Notes: generated from the sequence alone by a model not told the origin. A stretch of 64,000 bases of DNA from a bacterium (GCA_963669175.1 OY769902.1:1728001-1792000); one strand, 5' to 3'; shown: positions 32,079 through 42,708, counted from the first letter of the stretch. Made by a program: numbers and translations.

Positions 32079-32187
32079 AGAATCTGACCTAGCTTGTTGT
32101 GTCGGGTCTTGAGACGCGAAGCGGATTGTGACCCGACACCGCGCGATTGGGTTATTGACGAGTCAATTCAAAAGATTCTCCGGGGTG

Positions 32188-32862
32188 ATGATGAGAAAGC
32201 TACTGGCAGGATTGCTGTTTCTTGTTGTGTATGTATCGTCCACGCTGGCTCAACCCTATGCCAAAGGAAACTGGCTGGTTGGCCCGGCGATTGGCGATAT
32301 CGCGTTGGGGGGATTTGAATCCCAGATTGATTCAGCGACAACCACAACAACCCTGCTGACCGGCGTACTCGGTGTCAAACTGCAATGCCACAGCGGGCTG
32401 TTTGTCGCAAAGAAACTGAACATCGGCCTGCTGCTGGATTACAATACCTACGCGGAAGAATCACAGCCTGACCCCGATCCCACCAACATGGAAATCACGG
32501 ATGGGTGGGGAGAAATCCTGATTGGATTGTACGCGCGATACTACATGCCAATTGCGGAACGGTGGGCAGTGTACCCGGAAATCGCCATCGGTTGGGGGGG
32601 GTACCAGAGCCTATCACTGGTGAACAGCACAGCCATGGCGGAACAGAAAACAGAGGTAATCGCACGTGGTTTCGCAGCGAATGTGACTATCGGAGCCGGG
32701 TATTTCTTCAGCGAGCAGGTCTCTCTCGATTTTTCCATCAACTATGGGCTGGGGCAGTTAACCGGTGAACGGAATGTTTCAGGCAGCAATCAACAGGATA
32801 TTACCATCACCCTGGCGGATGTGGATTTCCTGATCGGGGCGACCCTGTTCTTCGGCGATTGA
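32188..32862 (+). CDS. Small outer-membrane beta-barrel protein
   Basis: Signal peptide; KGNWLVG, GLYARYY and GAGYFF amphipathic strands. Confidence 0.75.
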   Translation: MMRKLLAGLLFLVVYVSSTLAQPYAKGNWLVGPAIGDIALGGFESQIDSATTTTTLLTGVLGVKLQCHSGLFVAKKLNIGLLLDYNTYAEESQPDPDPTNMEITDGWGEILIGLYARYYMPIAERWAVYPEIAIGWGGYQSLSLVNSTAMAEQKTEVIARGFAANVTIGAGYFFSEQVSLDFSINYGLGQLTGERNVSGSNQQDITITLADVDFLIGATLFFGD

Positions 32863-32865
32863 GAA

Positions 32866-33645
32866 TCAGGGGTATTTTGCCAGGATAATCTCGGTATTGT
32901 AGAGAGTAGCTGCACCAGTTGACTCCGAATCATCCAGCATCCATGAATACAGGTGCAAAGTAGTGCCGTCTTCGCTGATCGTGTACGTCATCGGGTTCAT
33001 ATACCAGCGGGTGTGATCTTCAATTTCGCTTCCATACCAGATCATCCAGCCGCCCCTGGTCATGAATTTAAAAGGCAGACCACTGACACACTCAATAGCC
33101 AACTCAAGCTCAGCATCGGTTGTGTTAAAATTGTATAATCCCTCGTTCATTTCATACCATGTACTGTCTCCCATCGTGGCATCAACAACTTCCCAGTACC
33201 CGGCGAGCCTGGCATCTGTATTTTCCGTGCGCTTCAGGTACGTTTCCATCACGTCCTGACCATTCTTCGTCCATCGCAGGTTCAGCATACCCGACTCAGA
33301 GATTTCGTACCGACCGTTGATGACCTGGTCATACGTAATCCAATTGTACAGGGCATAGTAGGGATCCGTTGTTTCCCATAAAAACGGCGTATATTCAATC
33401 GAGCCGCCTCCCAGGTTCATGGGTTGCCATATTCCGCGATCCAGACGTTCAACTCCTTCCCAGCCATAATAGCGCTGGTAGACCAGGGAAGGATTGAACA
33501 GGCCGTCAATGGTCCGGTGAATCAGGAACCACTCGCCCATGAAAGGATGAACTTCCTCCGGCTCATCCTCCTCCAATTCCCAGTCACAACCGTAAAACAG
33601 GAACAACGCCATGAAAATCACGATGAGATGTGCCTGGAAACGCAT
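32866..33645 (-). CDS. Lipoprotein with two lipocalin-like repeats
   Basis: Lipobox FYGC; MGEWFL and LAGYWEV GxW motifs. Confidence 0.6.
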   Translation of the reverse strand: MRFQAHLIVIFMALFLFYGCDWELEEDEPEEVHPFMGEWFLIHRTIDGLFNPSLVYQRYYGWEGVERLDRGIWQPMNLGGGSIEYTPFLWETTDPYYALYNWITYDQVINGRYEISESGMLNLRWTKNGQDVMETYLKRTENTDARLAGYWEVVDATMGDSTWYEMNEGLYNFNTTDAELELAIECVSGLPFKFMTRGGWMIWYGSEIEDHTRWYMNPMTYTISEDGTTLHLYSWMLDDSESTGAATLYNTEIILAKYP

Positions 33646-33824
33646 TTTTTCTCCGTCATTCAATAGCATCCCTGAAAGTAGGCTACTGGTTGAATATTCG
33701 CAAGCAGTCAGCTTCGTTAAAGAATTATACGCTTGTGAACCGATTTGTTTGTCTTGATTGCACCGTCTCCCATTTATCAGCTATTTACACGGCAGAGCGA
33801 GTCAGCGAGTGTTATATTCCCGCC

Positions 33825-34916
33825 ATGAACCAGGAATTGTTAACACAGCGCATAGGTGCGATCCGGGAACGGCTGAGCGAAGTCGAAAAGACCATGGCTG
33901 ATCCGGAGGTCGCCTCAGATCCCAGGAAGCTGGGTGAATTGGGCAAGGAACACGCCCGCTTGGAACGCACGCTCAAGATCGCTGATGCCCTTGAGGAAGC
34001 ACGTGAGCAGCTCGATGCCTCACGTGAGCTTCTGGACGAAGAGGATGAAGAGATGGCCGAGCTGGCTCGTGCGGAGGTAGCCGAGCTGGAGACCCAGACC
34101 GCCAAGCTCGAAAGTGATCTTTACGTGGCCATCGTTCCGGCATCACCGGAGGATGACCGTAACGCCATCATCGAAATTCGCGCCGGGACCGGCGGTGAAG
34201 AGGCCGGACTGTTTGCCGGGGACTTGTACCGTATGTACCAGCGTTTCGCAGAACGGCAGAACTGGTCACTGGAAGTGGTGTCCATGCATGCCAGCGAAAT
34301 GGGCGGCTTCAAGGAAGTCATCTTCACCGTCAAGGGTGATGAAGTTTACGGTATCCTGAAGTTTGAGGGCGGAGTTCACCGGGTGCAGCGAGTGCCGGAA
34401 ACAGAATCGCAGGGCCGGATTCATACATCCGCTGCTACTGTTGCCGTGCTGCCGGAAGCGGAAGAAGTGGATGTTGCCATTGATCCAAAGGATCTCCGCA
34501 TAGATGTCTATCGTTCTTCCGGGCCGGGTGGGCAGTCGGTTAATACGACTGACTCCGCGGTACGTATTACACACGTGCCAACCGGCTTGGTGGTAACCTG
34601 CCAGGATGAGAAGAGCCAGCACAAGAACAAGGCGCAGGCCATGCGTGTGTTGCGTTCACGTCTGTACGAGATCGCCCTGGAAGAGGAACGTGCCAAGCGT
34701 TCCGCCAGCCGGAAGCAACTGGTTTCCACCGGGGATCGTTCGGCAAAGATCCGGACTTATAATTTCCCGCAGGGACGTGTGACCGATCATCGTATCAACC
34801 TGACCCTGTACCGGTTGAACGAGATCCTCGAAGGTGACTTGTACGATGTGCTGGACGCCCTGAGACTGGCAGACGCGGAAGACCGGCTGAAGGAAGCTAC
34901 ACAACAACCGGCGTAA
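33825..34916 (+). CDS. prfA: Peptide chain release factor 1
   Basis: PET (PxT) motif, GPGGQSVN and [16 protein letters not shown]. Confidence 0.97.
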   Translation: MNQELLTQRIGAIRERLSEVEKTMADPEVASDPRKLGELGKEHARLERTLKIADALEEAREQLDASRELLDEEDEEMAELARAEVAELETQTAKLESDLYVAIVPASPEDDRNAIIEIRAGTGGEEAGLFAGDLYRMYQRFAERQNWSLEVVSMHASEMGGFKEVIFTVKGDEVYGILKFEGGVHRVQRVPETESQGRIHTSAATVAVLPEAEEVDVAIDPKDLRIDVYRSSGPGGQSVNTTDSAVRITHVPTGLVVTCQDEKSQHKNKAQAMRVLRSRLYEIALEEERAKRSASRKQLVSTGDRSAKIRTYNFPQGRVTDHRINLTLYRLNEILEGDLYDVLDALRLADAEDRLKEATQQPA

Positions 34917-35025
34917 GACGATGATGATACCATGCTGAAAGGTCGCAACCTGATCCTTGCGGGTGATGGGGGATCGTTCAGCATTTTGTATTTTGTATGT
35001 GAAGACTGAGTATATGTTCTTCATA

Positions 35026-35134
35026 TGTCATCCCCGACTTGATCGGGAGAACTCCTTCCGTTAGTCAAGGGAGTAGATTTACGGTTGTACTTCGTAAACC
35101 GCAAGCTTACGGTTCCCGCCTTCGCGGGAATGAC
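35026..35134. repeat. GTCATCCCCG..CGGGAATGAC REP-like doublet between prfA and prmC
   Basis: tgtcatccccgacttgatcggga ... ttcccgccttcgcgggaatgac. Confidence 0.75.
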
Positions 35135-35179
35135 GCAACGGAATACGCCAACATTGGGATTTTGACTTTGTCACCCGCG

Positions 35180-36046
35180 ATGAAAGACACAGTGCTTGAC
35201 CTTCTGCAGAAGGGCACGGACTACCTGGAAAGGAACCGGGTGGAAAATGCTCGTTTGGAAGCGGAGCGTCTGATTGCTGCGGCCCTGAACATGACCCGTG
35301 TTGAGCTCTACCTGAAATTCGACCGTCCTTGCACGGCTCCCGAGAAAGAGTTGTTACGTGATCAACTGGCGCGTCGTGCGAAAGGGGAACCTCTCCAGTA
35401 CATCCTTGGCTATGCGGATTTTTTCAACAGCCGTTTGAAAGTGCGTCCCGGAGTGCTGATTCCACGACCGGAGACCGAGCTGATCATTGAGCTGGCGCGT
35501 CAGCATATGCCGGAAGGCGGTTTCGTCAATGGCATGGACATCGGCTGCGGCAGCGGGGCACTGGCGCTAACCCTGCTGAAAGAGAACATCGTAAAAAGGA
35601 TGGTGGCTGTTGATATCTCGCCGGATGCTATCGCGGTCACCCGTGAAAATGCGGAAGCGATGGAACTGGGTAAAGACCGGTTGCGGGTAGTGCAGGCGAA
35701 TGCGTTCAACGGTTCCCTGAAAGCCTATGAAGCGGATGGCGGAGCTGACCTGATCGTTTCCAATCCACCGTACATCCGTGACGATGAATGGTCCTCGCTG
35801 CAACGGGAAATTACGGAATACGAACCCCGCATTGCCCTCCTGTCAGGTTCTGACGGTCTGGATGCGCACCGTGCGCTAGCGGCTGCATTGCCGGGCTGGT
35901 TGAAGGAGGGTGGATTTTTCCTCGGTGAGATTGGCGAATCACAAGGAGATGACGCCAGCAGGCTGCACCGTGCCTGGTCGGCAAAAGTTGAGTTGGCGCA
36001 GGATCTTACCGGACGAGACCGGGTGGTTATTGCCATGAAGATGTGA
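35180..36046 (+). CDS. prmC: Release factor glutamine methyltransferase
   Basis: GEPLQYILG, VLIPRPETE, DIGCGSG and SNPPY; follows prfA. Confidence 0.95.
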   Translation: MKDTVLDLLQKGTDYLERNRVENARLEAERLIAAALNMTRVELYLKFDRPCTAPEKELLRDQLARRAKGEPLQYILGYADFFNSRLKVRPGVLIPRPETELIIELARQHMPEGGFVNGMDIGCGSGALALTLLKENIVKRMVAVDISPDAIAVTRENAEAMELGKDRLRVVQANAFNGSLKAYEADGGADLIVSNPPYIRDDEWSSLQREITEYEPRIALLSGSDGLDAHRALAAALPGWLKEGGFFLGEIGESQGDDASRLHRAWSAKVELAQDLTGRDRVVIAMKM

Positions 36047-36226
36047 AACCACACTGTAAATTACTGTCACAGATTTTATGCACGCCTTTTTACAAGCTGA
36101 TAATCTTAATCTGCTGATAAATAGGATATTATATTCCTAAAGAATACCATTAACCTCCCTCAACCTTTCAGGCATACCAATTGCAAAACGGCAGTTGGGG
36201 GCCGAAAAACTTTGGGGGATATTTCC

Positions 36227-36808
36227 ATGAAGGTCATCAGTTTCAGTTCTATCAGTATGCTTTTCTTGTTGGTTCTGGCGCAAACCTCACTGGCAGAATT
36301 GCCGACTACTTCAACAGACACACGACGAAACGCCATCGGAGTCCAGGGGCTTGGCTTGATAATGGGCAATGCCACCGTGGATTACGAGCATGTATTCGGC
36401 AGCAGACACGGGCTGTTTCTCGAGGGCGGGATGGACTTTAATGGCGGGCACAACATGGGTGTCGCCTATCGTATTCATTCGACGAAGGATAAAAACAGAC
36501 CTGCGATCCAAACCTCTTTCTGGGGACCGTTTATACGGTTTAGCAAATCGTCCATGGAATTCGAGGACAGCGATACGAAAAAGAACTACGATATCGACAT
36601 GCAGATGCTGAATATCGGGTTGGTCTACGGCAGAAACTACAGTTGGGGAAAATGTATCAACTTCGGCTGGCGCCTGGGATATGGCCTCCCGGTATACACC
36701 AGCTACAAATGGAGCCCGGACAATTACAAGGACGCCAATACGGTGAACAATATCATCTCGGTTGTCAGTGGGATAGAAGGTGGCATTTCAATCGGGTTTG
36801 TGTTCTGA
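36227..36808 (+). CDS. Small outer-membrane beta-barrel protein
   Basis: Signal peptide (SLA), alternating strands, terminal GISIGFVF. Confidence 0.7.
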   Translation: MKVISFSSISMLFLLVLAQTSLAELPTTSTDTRRNAIGVQGLGLIMGNATVDYEHVFGSRHGLFLEGGMDFNGGHNMGVAYRIHSTKDKNRPAIQTSFWGPFIRFSKSSMEFEDSDTKKNYDIDMQMLNIGLVYGRNYSWGKCINFGWRLGYGLPVYTSYKWSPDNYKDANTVNNIISVVSGIEGGISIGFVF

Positions 36809-36822
36809 ACCGAATCGTTTGT

Positions 36823-37989
36823 TTAATCCACGACATAGCGCGGTATTCGTGACGGTAGACGGACGAGAACTTCATAGTTCATGCCTTCACTCATTTCACT
36901 GAAGGAGGCAACTGTAATCTCGGCTTTTTTCTGCTTGCCGATCAGGACCACCTCGTCGCCACGTTTTACGCCCGGAATATTGGTCACATCGATCATCACC
37001 ATGTTCATGTTGACCAGTCCGACAACCCCGGCACGACGACCCTGGATCAGCACACGTCCACGATTGCTGAGCAGGCGGGCAAAACCGGATGCGTAGCCAA
37101 TCGGGACACTGGCAATTCGTGATTTTCGGCCTGTCTGAAATATGGTGCCATAGCCGACAAATTCACCCGGTTTGACCTCCTGTACATGCATAACACGGCT
37201 TTTCCAGGAGATGATGCGCCGCAAAGGATCACGGTGTTTCTTCATCTCTGCGTTGCCGTTACGAAGCATGTACTGCATCCGTGTTTCCTGGGTCGGCCAA
37301 TAGCCATACTGGGCGATACCGAAACGGACCATATCCATGATGGTATCGGGATAATTCAGGGCAGCGGCCGAGCAGGCGGTGTGACGAAACCTGGGTTTGA
37401 GGCCGGACTTAAAGACTTTATTGCCCATTTGAGTGAAATCAACAATCTGGTTGGTAACTCGCAGATAATTGCTGATCGATTCCGCGCCGGCATAATGAGT
37501 ACATATTCCTTCCAGGATAAAGGCGTCCGGGTTTGCCTGTATTATTCCAACAGCCTGTTTCAGTGCATCCTCATACAGTCCCATCCGGTGCAAGCCTGTT
37601 TCCAGCTCGAGATGGATGTGGGCTTTGAGATTGAGTTTCTTTGCCGTTGCCAGGGCGGCTTTTAATCGATCCAAACCGAAAATATAAAAGGAGATATCAT
37701 TTCGAATGGCCCATTCCAGCTCATCATCCGGGATGGCGCCCATGATCATGATGTGGCTGTTCTTAACACTGGAAGCGTACGCTCGTCTCGCTTCATCCAG
37801 GCTGAAAACAGCAAATCGACGAATCCCGCAAGCTTCGGCAAGCGGAACAAACAATTCGATCCCGTGACCATATGCATTTCCCTTGATCACAGAACAGTAT
37901 TCCACGTCTTTGCCGATGTAAGAACGTAAAAAGCCGATGTTTTTCTTCAGGGCACTTTTGCTTAACTCAATCCAGGTTATATCCGACAA
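36823..37989 (-). CDS. alr: Alanine racemase
   Basis: VIKGNAYGHG PLP lysine, ETGLHRMG, VGYG, PIGYASG and NYEVL; TTG start after GGAG. Confidence 0.92.
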   Translation of the reverse strand: MSDITWIELSKSALKKNIGFLRSYIGKDVEYCSVIKGNAYGHGIELFVPLAEACGIRRFAVFSLDEARRAYASSVKNSHIMIMGAIPDDELEWAIRNDISFYIFGLDRLKAALATAKKLNLKAHIHLELETGLHRMGLYEDALKQAVGIIQANPDAFILEGICTHYAGAESISNYLRVTNQIVDFTQMGNKVFKSGLKPRFRHTACSAAALNYPDTIMDMVRFGIAQYGYWPTQETRMQYMLRNGNAEMKKHRDPLRRIISWKSRVMHVQEVKPGEFVGYGTIFQTGRKSRIASVPIGYASGFARLLSNRGRVLIQGRRAGVVGLVNMNMVMIDVTNIPGVKRGDEVVLIGKQKKAEITVASFSEMSEGMNYEVLVRLPSRIPRYVVD

Positions 37990-38041
37990 AACTCTTACTC
38001 CAGTTTATCCCCAATTCTCTTAACAATACACACCAGATACT

Positions 38042-39178
38042 TCAAATAATTTTCGCCTGGCGCAGAATTTCCAGCCACATATCAACCCCATACTGGATCA
38101 ACTCATCAGGGAAATCGTAGGTTGGATGATGCAATGCCGGTTGATCTTTACCTGCTCCAAGCCCGAACAACGCACCCGGATAAGCGTGGGTGAAGTGTCC
38201 GAAATCTTCCGACCAGGGGAAGGGGACTGGCGGTTCGATTACATCCAGGTCGAGTGATCTTGCGGCATTTTTAACAAGCGAAGCTGCATGGATATCATTG
38301 AATGTCTCTGGAAACTCCTCAGTCCAATTTATTTCAACCTCAAGCTCATGCATGTGTGCAATGGAATGAGCCAGTCTTTCCGCATGTTTTCCCGTTTTTG
38401 CCAGGACATTGCCATCATGTGCACGAAGGGTGGCCATGACTTGCGCCTTGCCCGGTGAGGTTCCAAACGCTATTTCACCAAGCTTGGCGTAAATGACTGT
38501 TACTTTTACCGCCTCATGCAGGGCAACAGTGGTTTGAGGAAGCGCGCTGAGGCCATGAATCAATTCAGCAACCGCCAACGCCGGGCTTTTTCCCTGTTCC
38601 GGTTGTGCGGCATGAGACGTGGCGCCTGTCAGGTCGATAATCACCCCCTTGGACGCGCAGGCGAAGGTGCCGTCCCGGACGATGACTGATCCCTTTTCAA
38701 AACCGGGAAGGTTATGCAGGGCGAAGACCATATCCGGAGTGAATTGGGCGAATACAGGATCAGCGAGCACCTGTGCCGCGCCCTGTCCGTTTTCCTCGGC
38801 CGGTTGGAACAGGAGGATGACTTTGCCATGTTTGACCGGGTTGTTCTTCAGGTGTTCAGCAATACCGGCGAGGATGGCCATGTGACCATCATGCCCGCAT
38901 TTATGCGCAACGCCCTCGGTTATGGATGTATAGTCGAGGTCAGGCGTGTCCTGTATCGGAAGCGCATCAAGATCTGAACGAATCAGGATTTCCTGTCCTT
39001 CCTGACCGCTGTCGTATACAGCCGCGATACCATGCCCGCCAAGATGGTTGACGATGGTTGTACATCCTGTACCTTTCAGGTATTCAGAAATCGTTGCAGC
39101 GGTTTTTTCTTCCTGTCCGGACAATTCTGCAATCCGGTGCAGGGTGTGACGAAGTTGGATCAGCCTGCTACACATCAT
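38042..39178 (-). CDS. M20D-type amidohydrolase
   Basis: RSDLDALPI, HKCGHDGH, LFQPAEE, ALHN, SEDF and LHHPTYDF. Confidence 0.92.
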   Translation of the reverse strand: MMCSRLIQLRHTLHRIAELSGQEEKTAATISEYLKGTGCTTIVNHLGGHGIAAVYDSGQEGQEILIRSDLDALPIQDTPDLDYTSITEGVAHKCGHDGHMAILAGIAEHLKNNPVKHGKVILLFQPAEENGQGAAQVLADPVFAQFTPDMVFALHNLPGFEKGSVIVRDGTFACASKGVIIDLTGATSHAAQPEQGKSPALAVAELIHGLSALPQTTVALHEAVKVTVIYAKLGEIAFGTSPGKAQVMATLRAHDGNVLAKTGKHAERLAHSIAHMHELEVEINWTEEFPETFNDIHAASLVKNAARSLDLDVIEPPVPFPWSEDFGHFTHAYPGALFGLGAGKDQPALHHPTYDFPDELIQYGVDMWLEILRQAKII

Positions 39179-39386
39179 CTATCCCTGGTCTGTGTTTTTG
39201 AAATCCGCCATCTTGCCGATGAGTACTGGTTTAGCGCATTTTTTCAATAATTGCAAAACATCAAGATTTTGTTATAAAATAATAAATAGGCGGCAGGAAA
39301 TAAACTGACAGAAACTGAATATATAATCAAAAAAATACAAAAATTACTGAAACATTTTCAGGAGATTATAAAATAAAAAAAATCAC

Positions 39387-39415
39387 TTGCGAAATGTAAT
39401 CAGGTTCTCTATTTT
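39387..39415 (+). promoter_or_regulatory. Putative sigma70 promoter of the GNAT-racemase-SSS operon
   Basis: TTGCGA-17 bp-TATTTT with an A-rich upstream tract; predicted TSS near 39421. Confidence 0.55.
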
Positions 39416-39420
39416 TATAT

Positions 39421-39522
39421 GTCGAACGGGGAGCGGGTCCAGCGGAGACTGGAGTCCGACTCTTACCAGTCAGGCGCTGAGTTTCCATTGTTTTCACTCC
39501 ATGTCTGTGCTGGATGTTCGAC
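39421..39522 (+). ncRNA. Candidate structured leader RNA (family unassigned)
   Basis: Nested pairings GTCGAAC/GTTCGAC, TCCAGC/GCTGGA, AGAC/GTCT and TGGAGT/ACTCCA. Confidence 0.45.
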
Positions 39523-39659
39523 GGGAACACCAAACACCACGCTTATTTTGGTCCCCATTCCTGTTGTGCATTTCTCCTCTCCGGATCGGATTCGCTCGTT
39601 ACTCCTTTGAAAAGCCATGCAAAAGCATAGGCGCATCATTCATTAACAAGGATTTTCAC

Positions 39660-40121
39660 ATGTCAACACCAGACAATGGTCTTGAGTTTACAACGGTAGA
39701 GCATCGTGAACAGTTACCGGAATGGGCAAGCTGGAACAAGATGGTCATGTACTTTCATGAAACCATGAAACCCTACGAAGATCCGCCTGATCAGGTGGAA
39801 GCAGCGTTACACTATGCCTTTACCCCCGGTGAGGGACAGGGCGGTTTTCTGGAACTGGTGCGTCTTGATGGCGAACTGGTCGGCGCCTGCCTGATGCTGC
39901 GCACCGGCATGAAAGGCTATATCCCGGAATGGATTCTGCTGATGGTCACAGTTGATCCGAGCACACGTGGCAAAGGGATCGGCGGTAAGCTCATTCGTAA
40001 ATGCCTTGACCAGGCGGACGGTAATGTCAAACTGCATGTGGAATACGACAATCCGGCCAAGAGGTTGTATGAACGCATCGGCTTCACATCCAAGTATGCT
40101 GATATGAGGTATACCAAATGA
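39660..40121 (+). CDS. GNAT family N-acetyltransferase
   Basis: VDPSTRGKGIGGKL and NPAKRLYERIGF. Confidence 0.92.
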   Translation: MSTPDNGLEFTTVEHREQLPEWASWNKMVMYFHETMKPYEDPPDQVEAALHYAFTPGEGQGGFLELVRLDGELVGACLMLRTGMKGYIPEWILLMVTVDPSTRGKGIGGKLIRKCLDQADGNVKLHVEYDNPAKRLYERIGFTSKYADMRYTK

Positions 40122-41299
40122 ACCGGGTCACCATAAACCTGGAAGCATTACAGCATAATTTCAAGATCATCGACGGTTGGATGAAGAAGCACGGGTCTAC
40201 CTGGACCCTGGTGACCAAGGTTCTGTGTGGTCATCAAGATACGATCAAGGGGTTGGAAATGCTGGGTGTGCGTTCCATGGCGGACTCGCGCCTGGCAAAC
40301 CTGGAAACCATCAAGAAAACAGTACCGGATGTGGAAACCTGGTATCTTCGCATCCCTCATATGCCGGCGATTCCGGATATCGTACGCTTGGCGGATGTGT
40401 CCCTGGCTACGGAAGAAGAGACCATCTATGCCATGAACGAGGAGGCGAAGAAGCAGGATAAGATGCACAAAGTGATCGTCATGATTGAACTCGGCGATCT
40501 GCGTGAAGGTATCCTGCCCGGTAAGCTGGTTGAGTTCTACCAGAACATTTTTGAATTGTCCAATATCGAAGTGTGGGGAATTGGTGCGAACATAGGTTGC
40601 CTGTCCGGTACCGTACCCAATGTGGATCAGCTCACCCAGCTTATGCTCTACCGTGAACTGTTGGAATTGAAATTCCAACGCAAGCTTCCCATGATTTCTG
40701 CTGGAGCAAGTGTGGTGATGCCACTATTGCTGGATGGGAAAGTGCCCAGAGAGATCAACAATTTCAGGATTGGAGAAGCGTTGTACCTGGGCACTGACCT
40801 GATCAATGGCGGGGCGCTTCCGGGATTGCGTGATGATGCAGTCACGGTTGAAGCGGACATCGCCGAGATAAAGGAAAAGAGCCTGGTACCGTTGGGTGAA
40901 ACGACTTCTCTGGCTCCGTTTGAGACATTCAAGCAGGAAGACACTCATCCCGGTGAACGTGGAGTTCGTGCCGTGATCACCATGGGCCAACTGGACACCG
41001 AGATAGCAGGCCTTATGCCTATTCACCCGGATCACCAGGTGGTGGGAGCGTCCAGCGATCTGGCGGTTGTTTCAGTCAAGGAGCGGGAAGGGCTCAAGGT
41101 TGGCGATACCATACGCTTCCGTCCGACCTACGGCGCATTGGTGCGCTTGATGATCGGAAAATATGTCGCTAAACAGGTGATTCCTTCACTGGATAAATAC
41201 CAGGCTATTCTGGACAAAGGATACGACCTGGAATTACCCCCTGTTATGGAACAGGTTGATGAAATCGAGGAGGAGGACACGGCATCCGGGACAGACTGA
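40118..41299 (+). CDS. Alanine/ornithine racemase-family PLP enzyme
   Basis: LVTKVLCG PLP lysine, ADSRLANL, MIELGDLREG, FRIGEA and GASSD; ATGA overlap with the GNAT gene. Confidence 0.88.
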   Translation: MNRVTINLEALQHNFKIIDGWMKKHGSTWTLVTKVLCGHQDTIKGLEMLGVRSMADSRLANLETIKKTVPDVETWYLRIPHMPAIPDIVRLADVSLATEEETIYAMNEEAKKQDKMHKVIVMIELGDLREGILPGKLVEFYQNIFELSNIEVWGIGANIGCLSGTVPNVDQLTQLMLYRELLELKFQRKLPMISAGASVVMPLLLDGKVPREINNFRIGEALYLGTDLINGGALPGLRDDAVTVEADIAEIKEKSLVPLGETTSLAPFETFKQEDTHPGERGVRAVITMGQLDTEIAGLMPIHPDHQVVGASSDLAVVSVKEREGLKVGDTIRFRPTYGALVRLMIGKYVAKQVIPSLDKYQAILDKGYDLELPPVMEQVDEIEEEDTASGTD

Positions 41300-42708
41300 T
41301 CGAATGGATCCTCATCGGCGGGTATATCACTTTCATCATTGTGAAAGGGATGTTGAAGGCCCGCAAGATTCATGTCGCTGATGATTTTCTTGTTGCCGGC
41401 CGTTCGATAACCTGGCCACTTCTTTTTGCCACCATGGGGGCTACTGTCATTGGCGGCGGTTACTCCATCGGTGCCGTTGGTAAGTCCTATGAATGGGGTC
41501 TGCTCATGGTACTGATCTCCATGGGCGGCTACATTCATTTTATTTTTTCCGGGCTTGTGGTGGCCCCGAAATTCCGTGAAGCCAAACTGTATACAGTTGC
41601 CGGTTATTTCGGCCACCGGTATGGTGAGGGGCCACGTCTTGCCGCAATGGTTCTGTCCCTGCTGTTCTCCGTCTTTATCGTTGCAGCGCAAATGGCGGCA
41701 ATCGGTTCCGTGCTGTCTACCCTGATGCCGGCAACTATTGATGCGCAAAACACCATTCGAACAGGCATCCTTGTCGGTGGTATCCTCGTGGTTCTCTACA
41801 GTACCGCCGGTGGATTGCTGGCGGTGATCTATACGGATGTCTACCAGTTTGTCGTGTTGTTGCTTGGTTTCCTGATCACACTTGCCTTTATCATGCCGGA
41901 CATGATCGCCACCTGGCCCACTGTCACCAATACCCTGCCGGACCGCTTTTTCACTATCACCGGGGATAAAGGATGGGCGTTCATGCTCACGACATTCCTG
42001 GCTTTTCTTGTGGGGGAGACCTTCGCACCGGGATATGCCACACGTTACTGTATCGGCAAGGATGTCCGTCACACAAAGATCGGTATCGCCGGAGTTGGCG
42101 CTTTTCTGACCCTGATTTTTCCCGTGATCATCTTTTTCATCGCTCTGTATGCCCGGATGAAATTTCCGGATATTGATCCCCAGCAGGCCTTGCCGCAAGT
42201 AATCCGTTACCTGCACAATCCATTCATATCCGGGATCATTATTGCCGCGTTGCTGAGTGCGGTGATGTCATCGGCCGATTCGGCGCTGAATTCATCAACC
42301 GCCATTTTCGTGAAGGATCTGTTCGAGGAAACCTTTCACTGGACCGGGAAAGACCAGGCGCAGATGCTGAGAATCGCTCGTATCTGCACAGCAGTTCTTG
42401 GGGTTGTTGCCATGCTGATTGCCATCCTCTGGTCTGATATTATCGAACTGTTGCTGTTCACCTACCAAGTCTGGGCGCCGGCCATTATTCTGCCGGTGGT
42501 CATCGGCGCCACAACCAGCTTCCGCAGCAAAGCCCTGAACCGTGCGATCCTGTGGACCATGATTTTGTCTACGGTGATCACCTTCGGCTATCGCTATACG
42601 GAGTATGCTGCGACCTTCGATCCAGCGGTGTTCGGGGTGTTCCTGAGTGTGGGAGTGTATGCGGTTATCAGGAGTGGGGAGAAACTTATAAAACGAATTA
42701 GTAATTAG
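41296..42708 (+). CDS. Sodium:solute symporter family protein (probable non-canonical start)
   Basis: DFLVAGRS, GGLLAVIYTD and SAVMSSADS; the frame is open upstream of GTG 41341 and encodes a first TM helix from CTG 41296. Confidence 0.9.
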   Translation: MIEWILIGGYITFIIVKGMLKARKIHVADDFLVAGRSITWPLLFATMGATVIGGGYSIGAVGKSYEWGLLMVLISMGGYIHFIFSGLVVAPKFREAKLYTVAGYFGHRYGEGPRLAAMVLSLLFSVFIVAAQMAAIGSVLSTLMPATIDAQNTIRTGILVGGILVVLYSTAGGLLAVIYTDVYQFVVLLLGFLITLAFIMPDMIATWPTVTNTLPDRFFTITGDKGWAFMLTTFLAFLVGETFAPGYATRYCIGKDVRHTKIGIAGVGAFLTLIFPVIIFFIALYARMKFPDIDPQQALPQVIRYLHNPFISGIIIAALLSAVMSSADSALNSSTAIFVKDLFEETFHWTGKDQAQMLRIARICTAVLGVVAMLIAILWSDIIELLLFTYQVWAPAIILPVVIGATTSFRSKALNRAILWTMILSTVITFGYRYTEYAATFDPAVFGVFLSVGVYAVIRSGEKLIKRISN

